64,000 bases of DNA from Mytilus trossulus. Its lineage: Eukaryota. Positions 1-13,093 of the stretch are shown here, in pieces. The stretch is taken from the NCBI RefSeq assembly GCF_036588685.1, contig NC_086381.1:60636001-60700000 (forward strand), written 5' to 3'. Both the position numbers and the translations under genes were made by a program. The notes below the pieces were generated by a model. It was given only the letters and a program-made list of their open reading frames with translations, did not search any database and was not told where the DNA came from. Every line of letters starts with the position of its first letter. Within the stretch, counting starts at the first letter, position 1.

Positions 1-961
1 ACGGGTTAACAGATTTTAGCCTGTCTTTAACTGTATCTTAGTTTTTAACGTTTACGCACTTTCCACTAGAAATTTCCGTTTTAGTTTAAGTAGAAATGTA
101 AAAATGTTCCTGAGTACGTCAAGTAATTATAATAATAAAGCTGAACCAATATATGGTAAAAAAAAAGATATTGTTTATTTAATAAAATGTGCGAGAATTG
201 TTCAATGTGAACGAAATATCATACATGTCCCTACTGTGGATGCATTAGATCTCAAAGGTGCATTATATCGCAGATTTAAAACAAAAACATTTTCAAGGGT
301 GTTAGATTCTGTGATTTTGTAAATATCTGAATACAAGTCAATTGACAATTTAAGTTATGGTGAACATTTGAATTCGATGTTTTCACTTACAACCATACAA
401 AGATTTGTTTTATAAATTATAACTGTTATATTTAAAATGCATCAAAGTTATTATCAGCTTTTGAATTAAGAAACAAAAGAATATAAATCTCTTTCTTGTT
501 TCATAAGGTATTGCGTATAATATTAAAATAATATTTAAAAGACCGTCAAGATTTGCTAAGTTATGTATACCATCAAAATAAAAAAAAGCCCAACCTATCA
601 TGTATATACTTTGACAGATATTCATTGGTATAAAAACCCTTGCCAGATATATAAGTGGTTATTACGTTATCACATCTTGAAAAGACGACAGCTAAAAGCG
701 CAAGTTTTTTTTTGTTTTTTTTTTGTTTTTTTTTTTATTCTTGTTATCAGGGCCATTATACTCAAGTTATCAATTGGTTATTACTTTTTCTGAAAAAAAA
801 TTTTCGTATGATAATTTTCCGTTCAACGAGTTACGTGTCGACCTGATGAGGGAAGCCTTAATATTTCATGTAACAATGTAGAACAGTCCCGACAATTTTA
901 TGCACACTTTTAAAACTCATTCAACAGCTGAACCTTTAAGATGGTTTTTGATTTTATGCGA

Positions 962-2325
962 TATAAAAAAGAAGATGTGGTATGATTGCCAATGAGACAA
1001 CTATCCACAACAGACCAAAATGGCACAAACATTAACAACTATAGGTCACCTTACGGCCTTCAACAATGAGCAAAGCCCATACCGCATAGTCAGCTATAAA
1101 AGGCCCCATTTAGACAATGTATAACAATTCAAACAAGAAAACTAATGGCATTATTTCAGAAAAAAAGGAACGAAAAACAAATATGTAACACATAAACATT
1201 CAACAACCACTGAATTACAGGCTCCTGACTAAAGACAATCACATACATAAATAATGTGGCGGGGTTAAGCATGTTAGCGGGATCCCAACCCTCTCCTAAC
1301 CTTGGACTGTGGTATAACAGTACAACATAAGAACGAACTATACAAATCAGTTGAAAAAGACTTAACTCATCAGATAGACACAAAATACAAGTGGACCTGG
1401 CCGGGTACGTATACATACCGACACAAAAAGACACAATGAACAGATCTGAGAGTACTCGCAGTTATCTGACAGCTAGTTAAAAGCCACTAACAACTAATAA
1501 AAAAATCATACCTCTAAGACTAAACACTCAATCCGTACACATCCAACATACAATGGATTTAAAGTAAAGACGCCATAAACAGCCAGAGAAGAACATGACC
1601 TTGTGCAATGCCAAGTTACAGGTATCGACAGATTGTAGATCCATGAAAATGTATATGTATATAACATACTAGTAATATTTAGTTAGCTTTTAATCTACTG
1701 ATAACAAAATCAACATTAAAAACAGTAAAAACAATATTCAATGATCTTATTACAGTATGGAATAGGTAACCTTGTATAATAAGTTTATTTAAAGGAGCAA
1801 CAAGTTTACATGGATCATTTCTAAATTTCCGGGCACGGTTAACAACATTTCCGTAAAGATGAGGATGTGCTATCCCGTTTGAAAGTTTTCTACAGGTACA
1901 ACCAATCTTCAAAACCAAATCTTTATTTCTATGGAAAAATTTAGTAAAGGTTTTAAGTAATTTATGGTAACGATATCCCTGATTTAATAATTTACCAGTA
2001 TACATAGGTTGCGTTCGTTAAAATCAAAAACGTCAAAACAGGCACGGACATAGCGAACAAGTTGTGAAATATTAACTACGTAAGATGGCGTCAAAGGAAC
2101 ATCACCATCTAAAAATGAAAAATTAACAATAGGGAACAAAAAATCGTCTCTTTTGTCGTAAATTTTAGTGTGTAGTTTCCCGTTTAAAACCGAAATATCT
2201 AAATCCAGAAATGGACAGTTATCACCGAATACATTTGATTTATTTAAAGTATGTTTCTTGGGGTAAAGTTCAGCAGTATATTGAGAAAATTCTTGATTAT
2301 TTAACGAACAAATATCATCAAGATA
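962..2325 (-). mobile_element. 5'-truncated, decayed Penelope-like retroelement (family A): RT C-terminal half plus about 700 nt of 3' region
   Basis: The minus strand translates to YLDDI, CPFLDLDI, YDKRDDFLFPIVNFSFLDGDVPLTPSY, KLLNQGYRYHKLLKTFTKFF; contains frameshifts. Confidence 0.85.
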
Positions 2326-3044
2326 ATTACATTAATTTAATTTGTGTACATGGATTGTTCTGAGTGCTTCATTATTTTCGGACAATTGTTATGGTTTACA
2401 AACTTATTGCAATGTGTGGATTCAAGTTAGGTGGAAAATACAAAATACATACACATTTTAGCAGAAATTAAGTATCAGAAAGAAAAAAAAACACAAAAAC
2501 GTCTACAAGAAAATACACAGAAAGTTAAAAAAAGAATCAGGGGTTATCTCGGGTTCCACAGAAAGATTTTAGTTGTTGCACAATATATCTAATTAAACAA
2601 AACAGCGATAATGTTTGTGTACATGCTAGTTTTATACTTAATTCAATCTCTGTAATGTTAAAATTCAATATATCCTCTTCTTTAGGTTATTGGTATGTTT
2701 ATATCATACCTTTTCTAGTATTATTCTGAGTTAATGATTGCACCTTGATTATTACATACGTACATCTAATATCAAAGAACGTATCCCTTGCTTTGTTAAA
2801 GAACATTTGAAAATAGTGGATTTTTTTTCGGTGATACGGTTAATTGAAATGGTCATTTTGACACGATCCGGATAGACTCATCAATTCAAGAAATAAGCTT
2901 AATTTGAAAGATTCCCATATCAGCACTGTAATTACATCTTCCAAAATTTTCTTTATAAATGGGATAAACAAACTTTATTTTTGTTTTCAGTAGATTTAAA
3001 ACATCCCATTATAATTGCGTTACACATACATACATCTACATTAC

Positions 3045-3425
3045 AGGTATGTCACTCTGACATTAGACCATGTAGATCTTATTTGTTTGACTGGTAAAGC
3101 CGTTTTTACATTACATCTTCTGGATGTTGTATGTGTACTAACTGATATATAAGTCTAATAAACATAGTGTTCCCCAGTTGTTAGTGTTTTGAACTAGCTG
3201 TCAGTAAATACGAGTACTCTCAAATCTACTTTTTGTCTTGTCTTGTTTTCCTATATATTAATCACCCTGTCACGTCTGGACATTATTTTGTTATATTTTT
3301 TTCTTCTATTTTGTATCTGATGAGTTAACTCCTTTTAAACTGATCTCTATAGTTTGTTAAACTATTACACCACTGTCCCAGGTTAGGGTAGTATTGATAC
3401 TTTCTAACATGTTCAACCCGTTAAC
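3045..3425 (+). mobile_element. Old fragment of a family-A-like 3' region in the opposite orientation
   Basis: Reverse-complement similarity to 1265-1640 (tagctgtcag...gagtactctca, tctgatgagttaa, ccactgtcccaggttagg). Confidence 0.6.
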
Positions 3426-3495
3426 ATACGTAGTCGCAGTTTAGAAGTTGGCTTTGTTTTTTTTTTTTTTTTTTTTTTTCAAAATGCATTTTGTT

Positions 3496-3760
3496 ATGAA
3501 AGAGGGATAAAAGATACCAGAGGGACAGTCAAACTCATAAATCGGAAATAAACTGGCAGCGCCATGGACAAAAATAAAAAAAAAAAAAAACCAAACAATA
3601 GTACACATGACACAACATAGAAACTAAAGAATAAGTAACACGAACCCCACCAAAACTAGAGGTGATCTCAGGAGCTACTAAAGGGTAAGCAGATTCTGCT
3701 CTACATGTGGTACCCGTCGTGTTGCTCATATTTTAAAATATTCGGTAAATAGTCTAATAC
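3496..3760. repeat. Interspersed repeat family C (other copies 23419-23592, about 30820-31090, about 33185-33360)
   Basis: Shared aagagggac/taaaagataccagagggaca.tcaaactcataa..cggaaaataaactg...ccccaccaaaa.ctag.ggtgat. Confidence 0.75.
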
Positions 3761-4405
3761 TGTTTGTTATTTTTCATAATGTATTGCATACATGTCGGGG
3801 TTATTGTTTATCAAATTTATTGTATAAACTTTTGATCACCTTTCTTGGGGCAGAAATAAATACAAAAGTGGTGTAAAATACACTGATTTAACTATTCCTG
3901 GCGCGAAACATGTTTATTTTACAGTTAAATTAAAAGGGTCGGATATTTTTTATTGCCGTATTCTCCTCATTGATTGCCTTATATAACTGGATGCATCCGA
4001 TATAAGATGTGGGATTCGTCAGAAAAAATGAACATGGAAACTTTCTTTTTTGTTGTAAAGTCAGTTAGCATAGCCTCACCAACTTCTTATCGTAAACAAG
4101 ATATACGACCATTGAATAAAATTAACAATCTAACGACACAATGAAAGACAAACAAAAAGCTATTTTTATCCGAATATATGGTTGAATTATTATACCCAAC
4201 TAGAAAAGCGAAGTTTTTCAAATCACCAAAAAGGCTATGAAATAGCCTGAAATGACAATGAAGCTTTGAAATACGGAAAATGAGAAAAGGCCACACAAAT
4301 CGGGCAGGTTGTTGTCGGTCCTTGATAAAATGACTCAGTATGCCAGTTCGGAGAAAAAGACATTCCAATCACATCATTTTAGTCAAAACTTTTTTTTTAA
4401 AGTTA

Positions 4406-4607
4406 AGGCACGGACCATTTAATTTTTGAAGGGTTACCGAACAAAGATACGCCTGTTGTTTATAGATTTAATGTTAATTAATTATATGGCAAGATATCGT
4501 TTTTACTCCATGTCCATATTTTTTTAATGCAGAAATAAGTGTCGACACATCGTAACTCTGACCTATCTCAGATCCCCGACCCCGCGAAAATCAAATGGTC
4601 TGCACCT
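4406..4607. mobile_element. MITE, PIF/Harbinger-like (related one-ended copy at about 52225-52412)
   Basis: Imperfect TIRs aggcacggaccatttaatttt / aaaatcaaatggtctgcacct, flanked by tta/tac. Confidence 0.55.
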
Positions 4608-5939
4608 TACACTTTAAATATATATACAGATAACCGAATAAGGGTCATTATTCAAAATTATTTATTACTGGGCTTGGGCAAGTGGGTTTAACATGTTTTC
4701 GTAGGAAAAAATAAAGATGTTGATCTTTTTGAATCACGTTGTTAGTGTAATAAAGTATTATCTTCTGTTGTGAGGAATAAGAAATAGGAGTGGATCCGTT
4801 CTTGATCCTTTCTTTTTCGCTTTGGCATCCCACGCATTAGCAGTGTGGTACTGTATTTTGATTTTCAAAATAAAACAGTGAAGTTCTTTCAACGTACTGG
4901 TCAACTCCACGATACCGAAGCACGTGACTTTGGCATAATCAATAATACACTTCACGTAAATACGAGTGAATGAAATTTTAGTAAGTAAGGAAACTTAAAA
5001 ATTAGATATATGGGAATCTGCAAATTAAACAGAATTAAGTCTCATTAATCATTTATGTCTTCATTTGTCCTCTACGCCCCCTTTATAATCCACCACTGAT
5101 ATACAGGAAAGAATCATGACGTTGTTGGAACTATGTGAGCTTATCTACCGTCATCTATCTATTAGTTGACCGTTTAATCATGTATATATTTTTTTACTCG
5201 TAATTCTTTCTTATTTGCTGTTAAGTTCATGATACGAATTTATTTACAAATCGTTCTGATTTAAATTTCATATGACATTGCGTATCATTTAATTATAATG
5301 TATACTAGTTTGGCTAGTTTTCAAGGATCCTTTTTAAAAAGTTCAAATTGAACAGCATAAACGTATTATCTTTTAATTCAAAATAGAACATATACAATAG
5401 AATAAAACCTTGATCGATGCAAAGCGGAAATGACTAAAGGCTAAAAATTAATATTGATAATCTTTGAAACATTTGGAAGAGTTTCAACATTTTTAACATA
5501 ATTAAGATATTAAATCCAAATACTCAACATATACATGATGTACACCAAAAATAGATTACAGTTCAATTGACCTTATAAAAGGTGTATATTAACATAGCTG
5601 TTCTTTCAAGGATATTAAGGTGTAACAAGCCAAAAAGGGTGAGTATTTGATTTGCTGGTTGATATTTTAGTCTGAGAAACATGTTTCATGAGTTGTTATT
5701 AACTTCAAGTTTTTGGTAACAGTCAAGTACGTTCAAATATGTGCATTGTGTCTTTTATGGTTTTTGTTAGTTTTGGGTTTTTTTGCTGATCTATGAAGGG
5801 ATTTGCGGCTAACACTTAAACCAGCTTATCACTTTAAAGTATTTTTCAGTTTACAGATTGCCTTTATTTTCAATCGAAATTTGCAATATAATTTGTATAA
5901 ATTATTGTGTTTTCTTTGATTAACTATTCAAAGCAGGTA

Positions 5940-7330
5940 TATTAAATGGAGAATGGAAATAAGGAATGTGTCAAAAGACAACAACCCCCACGGGGTCTTT
6001 AACACAACGAGAAATTCCTGCACCCGGAGGCGAGTTGTAGCTAGTCCTTAAACAAAATGTTTTCTTGTTTAGTTAAAATTGGCGTCACACTTAACTCAAA
6101 AACATATAAATGCACTTAAACATGTGTTGTGAGGTATCAATCACTCCCTATATGTCTAGTCGATGAAGCAAAATTAAACACACATAAAAACGCAGACAAT
6201 AATTCGGTTAAAAAGAAGTAACCGACAAAAATTACAAAAAACAACTCGTAAAATTGAAAATGGAAATGGGGAATGTGTCAAAGAGACAACAACCCGACAA
6301 TAGATAAAAACAACAGCTGAAGGTCACCAACAGGTCTTCAATGTAGCAAGAAATTCCCGCACCTTTAGTCGTCCTTCAGCTGGGCCCAGAAAATATATAC
6401 TAGTTCAGTGATAATGAACGCCATAGTAATTTCCAAATTGTATTTTATCATTTATTATCATAAATTTTAGTATTCAGCTTTCCGTTAGTGATATAGATAT
6501 CAAGATCGAGGAAAGGGGAGTGGTCATTGTTAGTATTAGTTTTATTTAAAGTAAGTTCAACCGGATAAATTTTTTTAGTATACATACTGAAGTAGTCATT
6601 ATTGAGAGCCAAAATATCATCCAAATGTCTAAAAGTATTATTAGATGTTGTTTCGATGGGTCTTTGCTTATTTTTTTGTCATAAATTGTAACTCATAGCA
6701 ATTCAAAAACATGTCCGCAATAAGTGGTACACAGTTAGTTCCTATTGGAAATCCGATAACCTGGCGATATACAGAATCCCCAAAGCGAACAAAAATGCTA
6801 TCTAGTAAAAATTCAAGGGCATATATAGTATCAAAGCATGTCCAATTGACATAGTTTTTTTTCTTTATTGCTACTAAAAAAATACCTAAAAGAGTTTGAA
6901 CATATATATTCTTATTCTGACTTTTAAGTTAGGTGTGTGAATTTTTTCTTATTAAGAATGTAGCAGTTATTTACATGCCGGCTCCAGACCTCAATTAAAC
7001 TGATTGAAAGCGTATGTCTTCATCATGTAAAAAATAAGTACAAGCACTCTCGTTAAGGGTTCATTATCATTCCGTTATAATAGAGAACAAGAACACAACC
7101 CGCATCATGCTAACAACTGGTTGAAGAAGAAAAGTGTTGTCTCCGACTCAAAAACCCTATGAGTGAATCAAAATAAATAACAAATTATGCCATCTTCAAC
7201 GACTTGACAACAGTATTGTAACTGTATCCCTTCTAAATATGTATATGTAAAGGTTTTGTTAATTTTTTAGATTAATATCGTCATATCAGTGCTTCGTATA
7301 AAATATATTTATGCAAGATTCACTATGAAA
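5940..7330 (-). mobile_element. Cluster of decayed family-B Penelope-like fragments
   Basis: 5940-6120 and 6248-6440 match the 28687 terminus; 6458-6957 matches RT 29805-30327; 6960-7330 matches 29140-29530. Confidence 0.8.
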
Positions 7331-7810
7331 TACTATTGTAAAATTCCATATTTGTTTGGTGGGGCCATTTATTGTCAACTATATGGTATAGTGTTTAATT
7401 ATTGAAGGTCATGATCTTGTCTATAATTGCATACACCAACTTCATCTGATTCATTCTACTTCTCTTTTTACATTATTGTTGATTATCTCAACGAAATTAA
7501 TTTTTTCTCTTCAGCCGGTACGGCAAAAGTGAGAAAAGCAGTCGAGTTGAGATGACCAATGATTATCGCTAATCAACCTATTCGACATAGTTATATCGCT
7601 GGCAATTGGTACGTGCGCCCTTAGCACTAGACTCTGCTGATAAAATAAATTATCAGTCAGGATGATCAATTAATTTTTTTATCTTTATGTCGTATTCATG
7701 GTACTAAACTATTATAAAGTGAACATATATAATAGTTAAATAAATGTCAAAAAAGGGCAAAAGATTTAAAAAAAAATGTAAAACACCTTAAATGAATTTT
7801 AGGCGGACTT

Positions 7811-9397
7811 TATAAAAAACGAAGATGTGGTATGATTGCCAATGAGACTACCATCCACAAAAGACAAAAATGACACAGACATTGACAACAATAGGTCACC
7901 GTACGACCTTTAACAATGAACAAACCCTAACCGCATAGCAAGGTATAAAAGGCCCCAATAAGACAATGTAAAACAATTCAAACTAGAAAACAAACTGCCT
8001 TATTTGTGTAATAAAAATAACCAAAAACACATATTTTTTTATGTAACACATAAACAAGCGAAAACCACTGAATTACAGGGTCCTGACTAAGGACAGGCAC
8101 ATACATAAATAATGTAGCGGAGATAAACATGTAAGGCGGAATCCCAACCCCCCTCACATGGGACAGTGGTATAATAGTACAACAACTATAAAAAATTGTT
8201 AAAAAAGGCTTAACTCATCAGATGGACAAAAATACAAGTGGACGTAGCCGGGTTCTCATACATTCCGACACAAAAAGACACAACGAACAGATCTGAGAGT
8301 ACTTGCAGTTATCACAGATAGTTTAAAGCTACTAACAACTAATAAAAAATCATGCCTCTAAGACTTAACACTCAATCCGTACACATCTAACATACAATGG
8401 ATTTAGTGTAAAGACGTCACAAACAGCCAGAGAAACACATGACCTTGTGCAATGCCAAGTTTCAGGTATCAACAGATTGTAGAAAATACTAGAACATATT
8501 AGACAAAGAAACACATGATTAATAGATAACAAAAGGCATCAGGTTTTTTAACCTTTTAGAATAAGATTATTTAAAGGAGCGACAAATTTACATGGATCAT
8601 TTCTAAATTTCCAGGCACGGTTAACAACATTTCCGTAAAAATGAGAATGTGCTATCCCGTTTGAAATAAGTTTACTACAAATACAACTTCAAAACAAAAT
8701 CTTTGTGGTTATGGACAAATTTAGTAAGGTTTTAAGTAATTTATGGTAAAGATATCACTGGTTTAATAGTTTACCAGTAATACATAGGTTGCGTTTGTAA
8801 AAATCAAAAACGTTACAACAGACCCGGCCATAGCGAACAAGTTGTGAAATATAAACACCGTAAGATGGTGCCAAAGGAATATCACCATCAAAAAATGGAA
8901 ATTAACAACAAGGAACTGAAAATCGTCTCTTTTCTCGCAAATCTTAGTTTGGAGTTTCCCGCTAAAAACTGAAATATATAAATCCAGGAAAGGACAGTTA
9001 TTACCGAATTAATTTGTTTTATTTAAAGTAAGTTCAATGGGATAAATTTCAGCAGTATAGTGAACTAGTTAAGAGCACTGACAGATTAGTTGTAGAACAC
9101 TTACTAGAGGCCGAGATGAAACGATATTTAAATGGTTTTTGTGTAGTCTAGGTAGCCAATACATAATTGGGACCTTCAAATGTTCAGAAGAAGCCGTGAG
9201 CTATGATGTGGTTGTGATATGCTTGTTTACTATATGATTTCTGTGGAGCTGATGGACTTGAATGTAGATAAATTTAAAAAAGAACTTCTGTGTAGTATTT
9301 ACGACATACCACCACCACATTGTTGGCTTCTTTGTCGGCCGGTACAAACACAAACCGCTTTGAAAGTATTTGAAGTTTATTTCTTATTCTGGAAATA
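7811..9397 (-). mobile_element. Second family-A Penelope-like copy with internal deletions
   Basis: Colinear with 962-2280; 9060-9397 encodes upstream RT motifs VPADKEANNVVVVCRKYY and MYWLPRLHK. Confidence 0.85.
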
Positions 9398-9510
9398 GGT
9401 AAAATTGAGAAAGGAAAAGAGGACTGTTTCAAAGAGACAACAGCCCGACCAAAGAAAAAACAACAGCAGAAGGTCGTCAACAGGTCTTCAATGTAACGAG
9501 AAAATTCCGC
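9398..9510. repeat. Solo 3'-terminal fragment of family B (also 41100-41293 and 51255-51584, both inverted)
   Basis: gtaaaattgagaa.ggaaa...tcaaagagacaaca.cccgacc...aacaggtcttcaatgta.cgaga matches 28687-28800. Confidence 0.8.
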
Positions 9511-10029
9511 GTATTACATGTATTATGTACTCTATTATTCACTTCTCAATTATTAAAATTAGATGTTCTTTTATCTACCAGACTCATACATTTATTTAAA
9601 TAAGAATCTGGAGATGTTTTATCAGATTTGTCCCATTCACACCATTTTTTACAAGATGAGGAAAGAGCATCTTCGGTGACTTGACGACACTCTTTCCAAT
9701 CTATTTAAGATGGAAGACGATATGTTGGTCCTTTTTATTTCTATTCATTGTTTCTGCCTTTTTTTTATACAAATATGCCAAGCAGGAATGTAACAATGGC
9801 AAATAAAAGAACTAGAACACGAGTTCAAGTAACCAGTAATGAAAATATAATCCAAGGGTAAGCACTTCATATAATATATTGCATAACCAGACTACGATAG
9901 CTTTGGATGGGCCCAGGATTCTTTCTAGGTAAAGGCTATGCATTATTCCGGACACGAATCAAATTCTTATATATCTTCGATTTAATTTTGGTGTATTATA
10001 CTCTTTGTTCATCCATATATTACATATTG

Positions 10030-10087
10030 ATATATGTGAATTACTATTGCCGATGACATACACATCAAGGACATTTTTTCCAACCAT
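10030..10087 (+). other. Probable 5' UTR exon of the HEPN-TM gene (start approximate)
   Basis: Consensus donor cat|gtaagt at 10088, about 135 nt before the acceptor at 10222. Confidence 0.45.
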
Positions 10088-10261
10088 GTAAGTAATATTG
10101 AATGATTTATTTTAATAAACGAGAAAGAACGATTTGCTTATTTATTTAATATTAAGAAATTATTTTAGAAAATGTGTTCCATATGTTCATATGGTTATAA
10201 TACTTTTATTTCAATATTACAGCTAGCAGGTAATATCTCCGGTTGTATTATACATGCAGTC

Positions 10262-10460
10262 ATGGCGACAATAAGCAAGAAGGAAGATAAATGTATACGT
10301 CTTCAAAAGCTGATTGATCTAGGTACCAAAGCTCTTCGTCATAAATTCGATATACTGCTTCCACCATATAAATTACAAAAAATACTGGAGACATTCAAGC
10401 CTAACCTTACCCATAGAATAAGTCGTCAGGAGTACGACAGATTATTCCCACAAGGAGGAG
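10262..10460 (+). CDS. HEPN-TM gene coding exon 1 (MATISKK...LFPQGG)
   Basis: Acceptor tattacag ends at 10222; ATG at 10262 in context gtcATGg; donor gtaata at 10461. Confidence 0.85.
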
Positions 10461-13093
10461 GTAATAATGTATAGCTCTTCTGTTTCATCATTATGTTTTT
10501 CAAAAATGACAATGCTTTAAAAAAAAATGTATTACTGTCCGATCAGGAAATTATTAGTCTTAATTACTTGCTTCCCTAGGTTCACTTTACTACAACGTAA
10601 TCAGGATAGTAAATAAGTTTTCAACATAATATATGTTTATTTCTATATAAAACATTTGCATTTTAGACTCATTTCTATTTTGATTGAAAACCTGAGCATT
10701 ACTAGGTGTCACAAATGTTCATAGTCTTAAAAACAAGATATATAAGTTAATCAAGAATTCAACACGTGTAAAGCCGAGATTGACTATGTGTAAAACAATT
10801 TACTACATGATAACATATTCAGTGTTTTTATCAATATATGCATACCAATGTTATACATAATGCGTTTTTGTAACAGAATATTCACAATCATAGTTGCATT
10901 CTCATTATGCAATTTAATTATTCAAACAACAGACATTCGATTTAATTATGCATTATTATGTTTTTCTTTATCGTCGACAAATCTTTTTCGTATAAATACA
11001 GATTTGGTTCTAAGAATATATATTTTTTTTTATATGAGCACATTGTTTATGTTTGAGAAAATATATATAATATAAAAAATAGTTGAACGTTTGAAATGCC
11101 ATATGTGAGCAACAAGTCATTACATTTATTTCATCACAATTGGTTTATATTTGTAAAGCCCCAGTAACGTCAGACGATATGGACTTGACGACATTAGTTC
11201 GTGTATTACGTAATACTGTGTTAGATGAACCATTGACTGGCTTTGTTTGCCTTCCACAAGACAGTGACACTAGTTTCGCAGCTGATGTAGTTCGAATAAT
11301 CTTTACTAGGAACAAATTATGTCACACAGATTTCGGTTCATTAAAAGATCATGAGTGTCAAAACATGTCAAGTACATTGATAGAGGTAGATCTTTTTCAA
11401 GCAAGCCAGGGTTTATAACATTTCAAAATATAAAATTATAAAGCAAATTGAAAACACCACTCTGAAACACAAAATTTAAATATGTATTCAATAACCTTCA
11501 ACCTGGGTTTTTTCGTCGTCTTTCGTGTCAAAGTCTTATAAACGTCTATGACTTATACGTTTTGTATGTCTAGGTATCGATCGTTTCTTTTTTTTATAAA
11601 CAACGACAGTAAACAATTTAGATTAACGTATTGTTCATAAAACATTTACACACACATTTTCGTCCGAAGTAATTCATTTATAAAGAACCGCAAAAGAAAT
11701 TTCGCAGTAATGTGATGCAAGATTTGATACAAGAATTAAACAAAAGAATAACACTAGATTAAACATAAAATAAATTATCTCTACTTCATTCTAAAAGTTT
11801 ATGATTGAAATATCGCATGCAATTGTGTCTGCTGTTATGACAATTTAGTAATATCAGGGAACGTTTGTCTACCTTTAGTATGTAGAATATTGTGATTTGT
11901 ACTAAATATTTCTCTTCAAGGTTATCCAACGTTTCAGCGATTCGCGGTTTGATAACGATATAACACGAATAATGACGAGCAGTTTAGATTACCGTGCAGG
12001 AAGTCTTATTTGGCATTCAAAGATGGTGATAGCTTTGGTACCAAATGCATTTAATGAGTTTGTGCTTCAACCTGCAAAGGCGTCAGTCATTCGACTAAAT
12101 GAACAGCAGCCACTTACCTATTCAATTGTTGGAGGTACCGTCATATCCGGCATCATGCAGGATATATCTGAAATTCAATCATGTGAGGAACTTTGTTACT
12201 ACCTATTTCGTGTCCGGAACCTTACTATAAGACAATTTTTTTTAATTCTTTACGAATGTTCCTTTCTGAAACAAAAACTTGCAGAACTCAACTTTTGTCA
12301 GAGAAAACAAGATGATTCACTAAATGATACAACACCTGTTGATTTAAGGACAGAAGTAAACGTTACCATTCCTGGATCAAATTCAGATTTACCACTACTT
12401 CTTTCACAAAGCGGACATGTTAAAAATACATTTATGCTTTTGCCGCGGTCATGTGCTATAGGTCAAACATACACAAATGATAAGCTTTTTGATGAACAGT
12501 ACTTCAGCCAGCTCCCTTGCCTGGAAATGGTATATAATAAACTGTTTGAGCAGAAGAGCAGCACGAGCTACTCACGCTTACTAAAAGGTTCTGAATCTGC
12601 AGACAGCACAACTGAAATTAAGCGTTCATTCGAAGAAAACGTTGAAAAAAACTTAGACGCTACATGCTGGATTGTACAATCATTTAAGTTTCCTGCATCA
12701 AGTCAATCATCAACTAACTATCCAGGTTCAAATTGGTTACCACCACATGGTTGTGTATCTATGAAGCATGCAGAGATGGGACGCGTACCTTCAGATAACA
12801 GTGTCACTAATCTAAGTGAATCATATTTAAAGGAGAGGCTCGGTAGCTTCATATGGGAAAAGGATTATGAACTTTTTAACAAGAAAGCACGTGATGAACC
12901 AAATTTATTTTGTGGCTTAAGGTGGTACTTTATGTTGACGATTTTTCTTTTCGTTTTCTACATCATCGTAAGAGAAGTATACCCTTACTCTTATGCCATC
13001 TTTAAGTCTAGGATACAAGCTGCAAGTTTAACAGCCCTTGTTGTTCTTTTCTATTTGATGTTTATTCTCCAAATTTATATATACTACATGTAA
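10262..13093 (+). CDS. DZIP3-like HEPN domain protein with two C-terminal hydrophobic (TM) helices, 532 aa, 3 coding exons: 10262-10460, 11159-11385, 11921-13093
   Basis: Exons join in frame: ggag|gtaata (phase 1), ttgtaaag|cc, gag|gtagat (phase 0), ttcaag|gtt; total 1599 nt. The N-terminus ...ALRHKFD...EYDRLFP...SDDMDLTTLVRVLRN...P..GF..LP..SD.S.AADVVRIIFTRNKLCH... matches the invertebrate DZIP3/hRUL138-like HEPN pattern. The C-terminus has the hydrophobic stretches WYFMLTIFLFVFYIIV and AASLTALVVLFYLMFILQIYIYYM. Confidence 0.85.
11159..11385 (+). CDS. HEPN-TM gene coding exon 2 (contains the RNKLCH HEPN motif)
   Basis: AG at 11157-58 with phase matching exon 1; GT at 11386; R..H codons at 11308-11325. 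Confidence 0.88.
11921..13093 (+). CDS. HEPN-TM gene coding exon 3 (end of HEPN, unknown middle region, 2 TM)
   Basis: Polypyrimidine acceptor tttctcttcaag ends at 11920 and is in frame with the 373-aa ORF; TAA at 13091-93. Confidence 0.85.
   Translation, partial: VIQRFSDSRFDNDITRIMTSSLDYRAGSLIWHSKMVIALVPNAFNEFVLQPAKASVIRLNEQQPLTYSIVGGTVISGIMQDISEIQSCEELCYYLFRVRNLTIRQFFLILYECSFLKQKLAELNFCQRKQDDSLNDTTPVDLRTEVNVTIPGSNSDLPLLLSQSGHVKNTFMLLPRSCAIGQTYTNDKLFDEQYFSQLPCLEMVYNKLFEQKSSTSYSRLLKGSESADSTTEIKRSFEENVEKNLDATCWIVQSFKFPASSQSSTNYPGSNWLPPHGCVSMKHAEMGRVPSDNSVTNLSESYLKERLGSFIWEKDYELFNKKARDEPNLFCGLRWYFMLTIFLFVFYIIVREVYPYSYAIFKSRIQAASLTALVVLFYLMFILQIYIYYM

Noticed and set aside
843-870. ctgatgag as a hammerhead core
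   Set aside because: No correctly placed GAAA, stem II or stem III.
4648-4990. Protein-like short minus-strand ORFs (faintly THAP-like) and E-box motifs with a gtaagt donor
   Set aside because: No good acceptor, frames are broken, and no partner exons were found; not supportable.
10172-10261. ORF-track start MCSICSY...
   Set aside because: Lies across an intron and acceptor (10222); the domain begins at the ATG at 10262.
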